Assembly: GCA_003221005.1 (NCBI GenBank)
Contig: QHTZ01000055.1
Location: 33,896-49,844, forward strand
Reading direction: 5' to 3'
DNA length: 15,949 nucleotides
Source: Gemmatimonadota bacterium
GTDB lineage: Bacteria > Gemmatimonadota > Gemmatimonadetes > Gemmatimonadales > GWC2-71-9
Shown here: positions 7,412-15,878 of the stretch, piece after piece
Layout: each line of letters starts with the position of its first letter
How positions within the stretch are numbered: the stretch's first letter is position 1
Position numbers and translations under genes: made by a program
Notes under the pieces: model-generated
Told to the model about the DNA's origin: nothing
The model's input: only the letters and a program-made list of their open reading frames with translations
The model's database searches: none

Positions 7412-7649
7412 ACGCACTTGATTATAGGAACAGGCACAAGGACTCGCCGCGGCGATGGGCCGGGCAATGTCAAAGGTCGCCCGGTACGCGGCGGCCGTCC
7501 AGAGCATGGCCCGAGCGACTGCGTGAATCCAGCGGCCCCCGCCGACGCGTCCCGGGAGGAACTGCGGCGAGCGTTACGGAACGCTCGCCGCTTGTCGTTT
7601 CATGCTGTTATCCGATTTAACCCCCGCCGCCTCATCGCTCAAACCGATA

Positions 7650-7788
7650 GTGGAACAACGCCGAGACAAGTTCGGAGACGGCGGGTCGCACGCTCCGGAG
7701 CGGCCAGGCGTTCGGTCGCGTGGCGACTGATGATCGCCAGGGTGCTCGTATCGGAGAACGGTGGCTCCCCTGCGAGCATTTCGTAGAT
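7650..7788 (-). pseudogene. Fragment of a Hanks-type Ser/Thr protein kinase gene
   Basis: The minus strand reads IYEMLAGEPPFSDTSTLAIISRHATER, then after a frameshift PLRSVRPAVSELVSALF, matching kinase subdomains IX-X. No N-terminal kinase lobe. Confidence 0.75.
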
Positions 7789-8027
7789 CCGCCGACACAC
7801 CCGCTCGCAGCGCGATCATGGCGAGGTGCCGATTGCTGCACAGTTGTCAGCGCCAGCTCGATAACTTGCGGAGTCATCGGCCTTGGTTGCCGGGTGGGCT
7901 TGCTGAGGAAGAGCGAGGAACTCGATACATCGCTGCACCCGCGGGGATTCGACCGCTGGGAGAGTCAAGGTCCCGCCGGGACCTTCGGCCTCGTTGGCCG
8001 AAACGTGAAACCGCGTCTGTAAGTCGA

Positions 8028-8101
8028 TGCGCCAGACGGGATTCGAACCCATGACCTTCGGCTCCGGAGGCCGACGCTCTATCCAGCTGAGCTACTGGCG
8101 C
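8028..8101 (-). tRNA. tRNA-Arg(CCG)
   Basis: GCGCCAGTAGCTCAGCTGGATAGAGCG-TCGGC-CTCCGGA-GCCGA-AGGTCATGGGTTCGAATCCCGTCTGGCGCA; full cloverleaf, CCA not encoded. Confidence 0.97.
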
Positions 8102-8197
8102 GTGTTGTGCCGCAACACCTAAGCCGACTGCGGGCGGCGGCGGGCCAGACCGATGGTTGCCGTAACGGCCTCATTGATGCTCCCGCACCGTGAGCTT

Positions 8198-8239
8198 GGC
8201 TCCGGAGGCCGACGCTCCATCCAGCTGAGCCACTGACGC
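8198..8239 (-). repeat. 5' half of tRNA-Arg(CCG), degenerate duplicate
   Basis: 39/42 identical to 8060-8101; ends just past the anticodon loop. Confidence 0.88.
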
Positions 8240-8317
8240 CCACTCGGTCGGACGTCGGAAGGAAAAGCACGGACGGTGTTGGCGTCCGGCAATCCGACCG
8301 TCCGACAGCAGGACTGT

Positions 8318-8394
<77 letters not shown>

Positions 8395-8426
8395 AAATGG
8401 TCCGACCGTCCGACAGTCCGACCGAG

Positions 8427-8500
8427 TGCGCCCAGAGGGAGTCGAACCCCCAGCCTTTTGGTCCGTAGCCAAACGCTCTATCCAGTTGAGCTATGGGCGC
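8427..8500 (-). tRNA. tRNA-Arg(ACG)
   Basis: GCGCCCATAGCTCAACTGGATAGAGCG-TTTGG-CTACGGA-CCAAA-AGGCTGGGGGTTCGACTCCCTCTGGGCGCA. Confidence 0.97.
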
Positions 8501-8508
8501 GCGCGGAG

Positions 8509-8582
<74 letters not shown>

Positions 8583-8588
8583 AAAAGA

Positions 8589-8717
8589 CTAGACGGGTAG
8601 ACGGCGAGACGGGTAGACGGGTAGCGGTTCGTAGTGATCAAAGGGGAGAGAACCACTCTCGCTTCTCCGCCCCACTCGCCGCTGTCCGTCTACCCGTCTG
8701 TCCGTCTACCCGTCTAG
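8589..8717. repeat. Inverted repeat built from 8-mer tandem units (AGACGGGT), CTAG at both ends
   Basis: 8589-8627 and 8679-8717 form a 39-bp inverted repeat with 4 mismatches. Confidence 0.85.
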
Positions 8718-8720
8718 CAG

Positions 8721-8794
8721 TAGCGGGGGTGGGATTTGAACCCACGACCTCCGGGTTATGAGCCCGGCGAGCTACCAGACTGCTCCACCCCGCG
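8721..8794 (-). tRNA. tRNA-fMet(CAT), initiator
   Basis: CGCGGGGTGGAGCAGTCTGGTAGCTCG-CCGGG-CTCATAA-CCCGG...CCCCCGCTA; unpaired C1 and three G-C pairs closing the anticodon stem. Confidence 0.96.
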
Positions 8795-8801
8795 TCGCCA
8801 T

Positions 8802-8890
8802 GGTCGGACCGTCGGACTGCTGGACGGTCGGACCGTACTTGGTGCTGCTCACCTCACTGTCTGACGGTCCGACTGTCCGACCGTCCGACG
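8802..8890. repeat. Inverted repeat of 8-mer tandem units (GTCGGACN / GTCCGACN)
   Basis: GGTCGGACCGTCGGACTGCTGGACGGTCGGACC ... GTCTGACGGTCCGACTGTCCGACCGTCCGAC. The same unit occurs at 8245-8306 and 8400-8424. Confidence 0.8.
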
Positions 8891-8895
8891 GGCAG

Positions 8896-8968
8896 AGCGG
8901 GAAACGGGACTCGAACCCGCGACCCCAACCTTGGCAAGGTTGTGCTCTACCAACTGAGCTATTCCCGC
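8896..8968 (-). tRNA. tRNA-Gly(GCC)
   Basis: GCGGGAATAGCTCAGTTGGTAGAGCA-CAACC-TTGCCAA-GGTTG-GGGTCGCGGGTTCGAGTCCCGTTTCCCGCT. Confidence 0.97.
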
Positions 8969-8973
8969 AAAGA

Positions 8974-9092
8974 CTAGACGTCGAGACGGGTAGACGGGTA
9001 GGAGGTATCCGCGTCCGTCAGGCTCGCCAGTCTTGCACCCCTGCCAACTGTAGCCAAACAACTCCTCGCCGTCTACCCGTCTACCCGCCTAG
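8974..9092. repeat. Second CTAG-bounded AGACGGGT tandem inverted repeat
   Basis: CTAGACGTCGAGACGGGTAGACGGGTAG ... CCGTCTACCCGTCTACCCGCCTAG. Confidence 0.8.
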
Positions 9093-9093
9093 C

Positions 9094-9169
9094 TGGTGGA
9101 GGCGAGGGGGATCGAACCCCTGACCTCGTGAATGCCATTCACGCGCTCTCCCAACTGAGCTACGCCCCC
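9094..9169 (-). tRNA. tRNA-Ala(GGC)
   Basis: GGGGGCGTAGCTCAGTTGGGAGAGCG-CGTGA-ATGGCAT-TCACG...CGCCTCCACCA; G3.U70 pair, CCA encoded. Confidence 0.97.
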
Positions 9170-9217
9170 ATTATATTGGGCGCCCCCCGCGGCGCCCCGG
9201 TTCGGCGGGAACACGCC

Positions 9218-9246
9218 ATCTTATCGGGGCGTTATGGAGGTGTCAA
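9218..9246 (-). promoter_or_regulatory. sigma70 promoter of the tRNA cluster
   Basis: TTGACA (9246-9241), 17-bp spacer, TAAGAT (9223-9218), followed by a GC-rich discriminator; about 50 bp upstream of tRNA-Ala. Confidence 0.85.
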
Positions 9247-9314
9247 GCGATTTTGTGCCCAGACGTGAACTTTTCCCCCCGCGGTCGGTATCAGGGGGGA
9301 CCCGAGATCCATAC

Positions 9315-10310
9315 ATGACCAAGCAGACGCGACGGAAGAAGACCACTCCCGCCTCTCGGGCGAAGCCCCGCGCCGCCGCCAAGCCGGTGGCCACGGGCGT
9401 GGCCGCGTCTGCCGCTAAGCCGAAGACCGGGAAGAAGCGCGGCCGCCGGCGTGGCCTGCTCGCCGGCCTCGGGCATCACGAGCACGAGCGCGACATCCTC
9501 GACCAGTATCTCCACGAGGTCTCCAAGACCCCGCTCCTCACGCAGAAGGAGGAGATCGCCCTCGCCCGCAAGGTGCGCGCCGGCGACCAGGAGTCGATGC
9601 AGGAGCTCGTCAAGCGCAACCTGCGGTTTGTGATCTCGGTCGCCAAGAAGTATCAGAACCGCGGCCTGCCGCTCACCGATCTCATCGGAGAGGGGAACGT
9701 CGGTCTGCTCACGGCAGCCCGGAAGTTCGACCCCGACCAGGGCGTGAAGTTCATCTCGTACGCCGTCTGGTGGATTCGGCAGGCGATTCTCGCTGCGCTG
9801 GCGCGACAGGGCCGCACGGTGCGCGTCCCGTTGAACCGGACCGCCGACCTCTCCCGCATCGTCCGCACGGCCGAGTACCTGCGGCAGACGTTGCGGCGCG
9901 AGCCGACGCCCGAGGAGATCGCGGAGGCCACGAAGCTCTCCCTGGAGGTGGTGCAGTCGCTCGCGGCCCTGAACACCGGCGACGTCCGCCTCGACGCGCC
10001 CCTGGATCCCGACGGGGACCGGTCGCTGATCGAGCGGTTCATCGCCGAAGACCTCCCGGACACCGAGGACCAGGCGATGGATCGGTTCCTCTCAGACGAG
10101 GTCGAGTCGGCGCTCAACACGCTGCAGCGGCGCGACGCCAAAGTGCTGCGCCTGTACTTTGGGCTGGACGGCGGCCGCGAGCACACGCTCGAGGAGATCG
10201 GCGGGATGCTCGGCGTGACGCGGGAGCGCGTGCGGCAGCTGCGCGACCGCGCCCTCAAGCGGCTGCGCGATGGCGATGTGGGAAAGGCGCTAGCCAGCTT
10301 CGCGGCGTAA
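9315..10310 (+). CDS. RNA polymerase sigma70 factor, RpoD/SigA family (short form without region 1.1)
   Basis: Region 1.2 LDQYLHEVSKTPLLT.KEE, region 2 NLRFVISVAKKYQNRGL..DLIGEGN.GL...KFDP..G.KFISYAVWWIRQAI, region 4 TLEEIG..LGVTRERVRQ. ATG 9315 preferred because ATG 9234 overlaps the divergent promoter. Confidence 0.93.
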   Translation: MTKQTRRKKTTPASRAKPRAAAKPVATGVAASAAKPKTGKKRGRRRGLLAGLGHHEHERDILDQYLHEVSKTPLLTQKEEIALARKVRAGDQESMQELVKRNLRFVISVAKKYQNRGLPLTDLIGEGNVGLLTAARKFDPDQGVKFISYAVWWIRQAILAALARQGRTVRVPLNRTADLSRIVRTAEYLRQTLRREPTPEEIAEATKLSLEVVQSLAALNTGDVRLDAPLDPDGDRSLIERFIAEDLPDTEDQAMDRFLSDEVESALNTLQRRDAKVLRLYFGLDGGREHTLEEIGGMLGVTRERVRQLRDRALKRLRDGDVGKALASFAA

Positions 10311-10320
10311 TCGCCGTTGT

Positions 10321-10409
10321 ACGTCGCTACGACGTTACGTTGTACGAACACGGCCGGTGGACATCCGTCGGCCGTTTCGCTTTCGGGGAACGTAACGACG
10401 TAGCGACGT
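10321..10409. repeat. Intergenic inverted repeat/hairpin after the sigma gene
   Basis: ACGTCGCTACGACGTTACGTT (10321-10341) versus AACGTAACGACGTAGCGACGT (10389-10409), 20/21 complementary, with an inner ACGGCCG/CGGCCGT stem. Confidence 0.8.
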
Positions 10410-10444
10410 GGCGACGTGTCACGTCGCACCGTAGGTTTCCCCCC

Positions 10445-11209
10445 GTGATCGACCGGATCGGCCGCAGGACTGTCGGCCTCATCCAGGCTGTCGGTCGCTG
10501 GGGCCAGTTCATGGCGGACATGGTGCGCGCCCTCCCCGACGTCACGACGTGGGGACGGCTCGCGCTCGTTCAGATGCGGCGCGTCGGCGTGGACTCGCTC
10601 CCCGTGGCGCTGTTCATCGCCGCCTTCACCGGCGTGGTGCTGGCCCTCCAGGCCTCCTACACCTTCACCGGCACCGTGCCGCTCTATTTCGTCGGCACCC
10701 TCGTCGGTAAGACCATGATGCTCGAGCTCGGCCCCGTGCTCGCGGGCCTCGCGCTCGCGGGTCGCGTGGGCGCGAGCATGGCCGCGGAGCTCGGCACGAT
10801 GAAGGTCACCGAGCAGGTGGATGCCCTCGAAACGCTGGCCTACGACCCGCAGAGCTTCCTCGTCGTCCCACGGGTCCTCGCCGGAACCGTCATGTTCCCC
10901 ATCGTCGTCGCCCTCGCGGTGCTCGTCGGAATCATGACCGGCTGGATGACGAGCCTCTGGCTCCTCAACCTCTCGACGCCGGAGTTCGTCAAGGGCCTGA
11001 GGCAATTTTATCAGTTCAAGGACACGTGGTTCGGTCTATTCAAGAGTGCGACCTTCGGCTTCACGATCACGACGGTCGGATGCGTGGTGGGGCTTTCCAC
11101 GCGCGGCGGGGCCGAAGGCGTGGGGCGGAGCACGACGCGAGCGGTCGTGTATTCGGCGGTCGCGATCCTGGTCCTCGACGCGTTCTGGGCAGCCGTGCTG
11201 CTGCGGTGA
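10445..11209 (+). CDS. mlaE: MlaE family lipid ABC transporter permease
   Basis: GVDSLP...FTGVVLALQ, ELGPVLAGLALAGRVGASMAAELGTMKVTEQVDALE, GGAEGVGRSTTRAVV. Start GTG 10445. Confidence 0.95.
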   Translation: MIDRIGRRTVGLIQAVGRWGQFMADMVRALPDVTTWGRLALVQMRRVGVDSLPVALFIAAFTGVVLALQASYTFTGTVPLYFVGTLVGKTMMLELGPVLAGLALAGRVGASMAAELGTMKVTEQVDALETLAYDPQSFLVVPRVLAGTVMFPIVVALAVLVGIMTGWMTSLWLLNLSTPEFVKGLRQFYQFKDTWFGLFKSATFGFTITTVGCVVGLSTRGGAEGVGRSTTRAVVYSAVAILVLDAFWAAVLLR

Positions 11210-11931
11210 TCCGCTTTGAGAACCTCCACAAGGCGTTCGGCGACAAGCAGGTTCTCGCCGGGCTCACCCTGGAAGTCCAGGACGGGGAGACGATGGTCGT
11301 CATCGGCTATTCCGGCACCGGGAAAAGCGTCGCCCTGAAGCACATCGTCGGGCTGCTCGACCCCGATGCGGGCGACGTGCTCGTGGACGGCCGCGCGGTC
11401 TCCACGCTGGACCGCGACGCCCTGAACGCGCTGCGGCGGGAGATCGGCTACGTGTTCCAGTTTGCGGCGCTGTTCGACTCCCTGACGGTGGCCGAAAACG
11501 TCGCCCTCGGGTTGCGCCGGCGCGGCCTCGATGACGACGAGATCGCCGAACGCGTGACGGAGGCCCTGGCGCTGGTGGATCTCACCGGCGCGGGCGAGCG
11601 CTACGCGGCCGAGCTCTCCGGCGGGATGCGCAAGCGCGTAGGGATCGCCCGCGCCATCGCCCTCCGCCCCCGCTATATCCTTTATGATGAGCCTACCACC
11701 GGCCTCGACCCCGTCACGTCCGCCGTGATCGATCGGCTCATGGTGCGGACGCGAGAGCACCTGGGGGTGACGGGGGTGGTCGTGACTCACGACATGCGCA
11801 GCGCCTACACGGTCGGTGACCGGATCGCCATGTTGCACGAGGGTCGGATCCGCCAGGTGGGGACGGTTGCGGAGGTGCAGGAGACCGACGATCCGGTGGT
11901 CCGCCAGTTCATCGAGGGGCGCCCAACATGA
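11206..11931 (+). CDS. mlaF: MlaF family ABC transporter ATP-binding protein
   Basis: Walker A GYSGTGKS, ELSGGMRKRVGIARAIA, LYDEPTTGLDP, VTHD. GTGA overlap with mlaE. Confidence 0.95.
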   Translation: MIRFENLHKAFGDKQVLAGLTLEVQDGETMVVIGYSGTGKSVALKHIVGLLDPDAGDVLVDGRAVSTLDRDALNALRREIGYVFQFAALFDSLTVAENVALGLRRRGLDDDEIAERVTEALALVDLTGAGERYAAELSGGMRKRVGIARAIALRPRYILYDEPTTGLDPVTSAVIDRLMVRTREHLGVTGVVVTHDMRSAYTVGDRIAMLHEGRIRQVGTVAEVQETDDPVVRQFIEGRPT

Positions 11932-12935
11932 AGCGCGAGAACGAGTTCGCGGTTGGCGTCGTGGTGATCGCCAGCTTCGCGGTGGTGGTGGCCGGGGCCC
12001 TCTGGCTCTCGGGGGCGCACCTCGGAAAAGCCGAGGCCGTCTACACCGCCCGGTTTCGCACGGTCGGTGGGCTCAGCGTCGGGACGCCTGTGGTGCTGCG
12101 GGGAGTGCGAGTGGGGCGCGTGGAAGGGATCCGCCTGGCGTCGGGAAACTGGGTCGAGGCGGACCTCAAGATCTATAGCGGCGTGACCCTGCCGCAAAAG
12201 CCGGCGGTGATCGCCGCCTCGGCCTCGCTGTTCGGCGAATGGGCGGCGACGCTCGTGCCGCAGGACCAGCTCCCGGACGATCCCAACATCCGTCAGGCGG
12301 TGGCGGAGGCGGCCGCGGGGGCGGGGACCAAGTGGCCGGGCGCTACGCTCCCCGACATCGGGCAGCTCACTGCACAGGCGAGTCGTATCGCGACCGACAT
12401 CGGGACCGTGGCGAACCGCGTCCAGAGCGCCTTCGATTCCGAGGCGGTCGCGGAGCTGCGACGCTCGATCAGGGATTTCGGGCAAGTCGCCCAGCGCCTG
12501 GCGCGGGTCACCAACGAACAGGCCGAGGTGCTCGGCTCGGTAGGGACGAACTTGCGCCAGGGTTCCGACCTCCTGGCGCATTCGGCGACGGATCTGTCTG
12601 CCACGCTGGGGCGTGTGGACTCGGCCACCAACCGGGGCCAGCTCGCCACGATCCTCAACAACTCGGCGGCGACGAGCCAGGACCTGCGAACGGCGTCTGC
12701 CAACCTGCGGGACCTGACGGAGGCCGCCCACAAGAACCAGGAGAGCCTCATCCGTGTGCTGGTCTCGGCCGATACGGTGATGTCCCGCATCGCCAACCGC
12801 ACCGGCACGCTCGGCCTCCTCGTTTCCGACTCGACGCTGTATCGGGAGACGACCCTCACCATGATTCAGCTGCGGCAGCTGCTTTCGGACATCCAGGCGA
12901 ATCCGCGCAAGTACTTCACGTTCAGCGTGTTCTGA
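11928..12935 (+). CDS. mlaD: MlaD/MCE family protein
   Basis: N-terminal TM helix, F.TVGGLSVGTPVVLRGVRVGRV MCE motif, helical region, GTLGLLVSD..LY...DIQANPRKY. ATGA overlap with mlaF. Confidence 0.93.
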   Translation: MKRENEFAVGVVVIASFAVVVAGALWLSGAHLGKAEAVYTARFRTVGGLSVGTPVVLRGVRVGRVEGIRLASGNWVEADLKIYSGVTLPQKPAVIAASASLFGEWAATLVPQDQLPDDPNIRQAVAEAAAGAGTKWPGATLPDIGQLTAQASRIATDIGTVANRVQSAFDSEAVAELRRSIRDFGQVAQRLARVTNEQAEVLGSVGTNLRQGSDLLAHSATDLSATLGRVDSATNRGQLATILNNSAATSQDLRTASANLRDLTEAAHKNQESLIRVLVSADTVMSRIANRTGTLGLLVSDSTLYRETTLTMIQLRQLLSDIQANPRKYFTFSVF

Positions 12936-12940
12936 CGTCG

Positions 12941-13408
12941 ATGCCAGCGAAACGCCGCCAGCCGCGAGCCGAGCGGGAGACGAGTGCCGGCGGCGTGGTG
13001 TTTCGGCGCGGCGCCGGGGGCGACGTCCGCTTTCTGCTGATCCGGGACTCCTACCGCAACTGGGGCTTCCCCAAGGGACACCTCGAGCCCGGCGAGCCTC
13101 CGGCCGACGCCGCGCGGCGCGAGGTGGCGGAAGAAACCGGCCTTGCGGAGCTGATCCTGCACGGACCGATCCAGGTGATCGACTGGTACTTCCGGTTCCG
13201 CGGCAAGACGATCCACAAGTACTGTCACTTCTTCCTGTTCGAGGCGCAGCACGGGGAGCCCGTGCCGCAGGTGGATGAAGGCATCACGGACTGCACCTGG
13301 CGCTCGCACGACGAGTCGCGCGAGATGATCTCCTACGACAATGCGCGGGGCGTGCTCGAGCGCGCGGCCGAAATGGTTCGCGCCATGGATGCGGAGCGCG
13401 CCTCGTGA
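12941..13408 (+). CDS. NUDIX hydrolase (Ap4A hydrolase-like)
   Basis: SAGGVVFR...WGFPKGHLEPGEPPADAARREVAEETG (Nudix box). Start ATG 12941. Confidence 0.92.
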   Translation: MPAKRRQPRAERETSAGGVVFRRGAGGDVRFLLIRDSYRNWGFPKGHLEPGEPPADAARREVAEETGLAELILHGPIQVIDWYFRFRGKTIHKYCHFFLFEAQHGEPVPQVDEGITDCTWRSHDESREMISYDNARGVLERAAEMVRAMDAERAS

Positions 13409-14181
13409 CAGCGGTGATCCCGGTGTTCAACCCGCGGCGCGACGCCCGCCGCTCGGTGCGGCAGGGCTATCCGCGGGGGATGGGCGGGGGGAGCGTACGC
13501 CTCTGCCGCGGGCTCGCCCAGGTCGAGCGTTTGCTGGCACAGCGCCTCGTGGATGCGGTCGTCCTCGACGTGAAGGCGGCTCCCGAGGCAGCGTTAGCGC
13601 TGCCGCCGCGGTTTCCCCGGATCCCGATGTACGCGCTCTCCGCGTTTCGGCCCGACGATGGCCCGCTGATCGCGGCCTGCTACGGCGCCGGGTTCACCGG
13701 AGTGCTGGTCGAAGGCGTAGACAGCGCGCTCTCGGGGGAGTGGGTCGCCGCGCGCTCCGCGCAGGTCGCCCGGCGGGAGGCGCTGCGCGACGCGCCCAAG
13801 CTGCTGCGGTTGACCGACCGGCTGCAGCTCGCGGCGTGGGAGGAAGTGTTGCGGCGGGTCGCCGCTCCCATCACCACGGGGCAGCTGGCCCACGCCCTGC
13901 GCGTCACGCGGGAGCACCTGTCGCGGGAGTTCGCGGCGGGGGGCGCCCCCAACCTGAAGCGGGTTATCGACCTCGCGCGCGCCGCGTGCGCGGCCGACCT
14001 GCTAGGAAATCCCGGGTACAGCGTTCACGGGGTGGTGCGGATTCTGGGGTACGCCTCGTCCAGCCACCTCGCGGCCGTGGGCCGGCGGGTGGCGGGCGCG
14101 ACGCCGCGCGAGCTGCGCCATCTCGGGCCGCGAGGAGTGCTGTGGCGGTTTATTAGAGGAAGGACGAGGTCGAGAGTCTGA
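13405..14181 (+). CDS. AraC-family HTH transcriptional regulator
   Basis: C-terminal TGQLAHALRVTREHLSREF...SVHGVVRILGYASSSHL...GATPRELR. GTGA overlap with the NUDIX gene. Confidence 0.8.
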   Translation: MTAVIPVFNPRRDARRSVRQGYPRGMGGGSVRLCRGLAQVERLLAQRLVDAVVLDVKAAPEAALALPPRFPRIPMYALSAFRPDDGPLIAACYGAGFTGVLVEGVDSALSGEWVAARSAQVARREALRDAPKLLRLTDRLQLAAWEEVLRRVAAPITTGQLAHALRVTREHLSREFAAGGAPNLKRVIDLARAACAADLLGNPGYSVHGVVRILGYASSSHLAAVGRRVAGATPRELRHLGPRGVLWRFIRGRTRSRV

Positions 14182-14187
14182 AAGGCG

Positions 14188-14299
14188 GAATTGGGAACGC
14201 GGAATGCGGAACAGATCGACCGATCGTCGAAACGCCGGCGGCCTCAGCGGATCGAACCTGCAACGCAATTCCGCACTCCCCATTCCGAATTCCGCATTC
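14188..14299. repeat. Inverted repeat of heptamer tandem units (GAATGCG / TTCCGCA)
   Basis: GAATTGGGAACGCGGAATGCGGAA ... AATTCCGCACTCCCCATTCCGAATTCCGCATTC. Confidence 0.75.
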
Positions 14300-14317
14300 T
14301 TGTGATAATTTTCACAA
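14300..14317. promoter_or_regulatory. Palindromic operator TTGTGATAATTTTCACAA (Rex- or CRP-type) overlapping an extended -10 (TGtGATAAT) upstream of atpA
   Basis: One mismatch from the Rex operator TTGTGAA-N4-TTCACAA and a perfect TGTGA-N6-TCACA. It is an AT-rich spot in GC-rich DNA, 18 bp before the atpA ATG. Confidence 0.75.
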
Positions 14318-14335
14318 ACTTCCACCCCCGATCCC

Positions 14336-15877
14336 ATGGCGACCGATTCCATCCTGAGACCTGGTGAGCTCAAAGAGATCCTGCTGAAGGAAATCCAGGC
14401 CGCCGACCTGGCAGAGATCGACGTCCGCGAGGTGGGCACGGTCCTCGAAGTGAAGGACGGCATCGCTCGCGTGTACGGCCTCACCCAGGCCATGGCGGGC
14501 GAGATGCTCGAGTTCGTCTCCTCCGAGACGGGGGAGCGGATCACCGGCCTCGCCCTGAACCTGGAGGAGGACAACATCGGGGCCGTCATTTTCGGCGACT
14601 ACCTCAAGCTGCGTGAAGGGGACGAGGTGCGGCGCACCGGGCGGGTGCTCGAGGTGCCCGTCGGGCCGGCGCTCGTGGGGCGCGTCGTGGACTCCCTGGG
14701 CCGGCCGGTCGATGGGCTGGGGCCCGTCAAGACGAGCACGAGCCGCAAGGTGGACGTGGTGGCGCCTGGAATCATCCGCCGCCAGCCGGTGAAGGAGCCG
14801 CTCCAGACCGGGATCAAGGCGATCGACTCGATGATCCCGATCGGGCGGGGCCAGCGCGAGCTGATCATCGGGGACCGCGGCACCGGCAAGACCGCGATCG
14901 CGATCGACACGATCATCAATCAGCGTGGCACGGGGGTGATCTGCGTCTACGTGGCGATCGGGCAGAAGAACTCAACCGTCGCGGCGGTGGTGGAGCGCCT
15001 GAAGGAGCACAGCGCGATGGATTACACCATCGTGGTGGTGTCCTCGGCCTCGGAGCCGGCGCCGATGCAGTACATCGCGCCCTACGCCGGCTGCACAATG
15101 GCCGAGTACTTCATGTTCGACGAGAAGAAGGCCACGCTGTGCGTGTACGACGACTTGTCGAAGCAGGCCGCCGCCTACCGGCAGCTCTCGCTGGTGCTGC
15201 GGCGTCCGCCGGGCCGGGAGGCGTACCCGGGGGATGTGTTCTACCTGCACAGCCGTCTGCTGGAGCGCGCCGCCAAGCTATCCGACGAAATGGGCGCGGG
15301 CTCGCTCACCGCGCTGCCGATCATCGAGACCCAGGCGGGCGACGTGTCGGCCTACATTCCCACGAACGTCATCTCTATCACCGACGGTCAGATCTTCCTC
15401 GAGACCGACCTGTTCTTCTCCAACGTGCGTCCCGCCGTGAACGTCGGCATCTCGGTCTCGCGGGTGGGCGGCAACGCGCAGATCAAGGCCATGAAACAGG
15501 TGGCCGGGCGGCTCCGCCTGGACCTGGCGCAATATCGCGAACTGGAAGCGTTCACCCAGTTCGCCACCGAGCTCGACCCGGCCACGCAGCGGCAGCTCGA
15601 TCGCGGTGCGCGCACGGTCGAGGTGCTGAAGCAGCCGCAGTACCAGCCGATGCCGGTGGAGCAACAGGTGATGATCATCTTCGCCGTGACGAATGGTTTC
15701 CTGGACGACGTCGCGGTGGACACGATCCGGGACTGGGAGCGCGGCTTCCACGAGTTCATGACGGCGCAGCACCGCGAAATCGGTGAGGAGATCCGCACCC
15801 GCAAGACGCTCTCCGAAGACCTTACGGGACAGCTGAAGCGCGCGATCGAGGAATACAAGGCCCTGGGGCCCCGCTGA
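14336..15877 (+). CDS. atpA: F0F1 ATP synthase subunit alpha
   Basis: [64 protein letters not shown]. Confidence 0.99.
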   Translation: MATDSILRPGELKEILLKEIQAADLAEIDVREVGTVLEVKDGIARVYGLTQAMAGEMLEFVSSETGERITGLALNLEEDNIGAVIFGDYLKLREGDEVRRTGRVLEVPVGPALVGRVVDSLGRPVDGLGPVKTSTSRKVDVVAPGIIRRQPVKEPLQTGIKAIDSMIPIGRGQRELIIGDRGTGKTAIAIDTIINQRGTGVICVYVAIGQKNSTVAAVVERLKEHSAMDYTIVVVSSASEPAPMQYIAPYAGCTMAEYFMFDEKKATLCVYDDLSKQAAAYRQLSLVLRRPPGREAYPGDVFYLHSRLLERAAKLSDEMGAGSLTALPIIETQAGDVSAYIPTNVISITDGQIFLETDLFFSNVRPAVNVGISVSRVGGNAQIKAMKQVAGRLRLDLAQYRELEAFTQFATELDPATQRQLDRGARTVEVLKQPQYQPMPVEQQVMIIFAVTNGFLDDVAVDTIRDWERGFHEFMTAQHREIGEEIRTRKTLSEDLTGQLKRAIEEYKALGPR

Positions 15878-15878
15878 C

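Noticed and set aside
7421-7426. TATAAT on the minus strand upstream of the FAD oxidoreductase
   Set aside because: A plausible -10 that supports a start near 7411-7417, but there is no -35 or TG extension; too weak to list as a feature.
7692-7701. GCTCCGGAGC palindrome as another att core
   Set aside because: It lies inside the kinase relic's coding sequence with no flanking tRNA or Y similarity; probably chance.
9770-10444. 479-aa ORF suggesting an N-terminally extended MlaE overlapping the sigma gene
   Set aside because: An alternative-frame open stretch in GC-rich DNA; MlaE similarity starts near GTG 10445. The same applies to the extensions of 11026..11931 and 12239..13408.
9653-11005. 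Long antisense ORFs (also 11011..11838, 11805..12731, 15278..15940, 209..790)
   Set aside because: Shadow ORFs opposite well-supported genes, with low-complexity Arg/Ala/Pro-rich translations.
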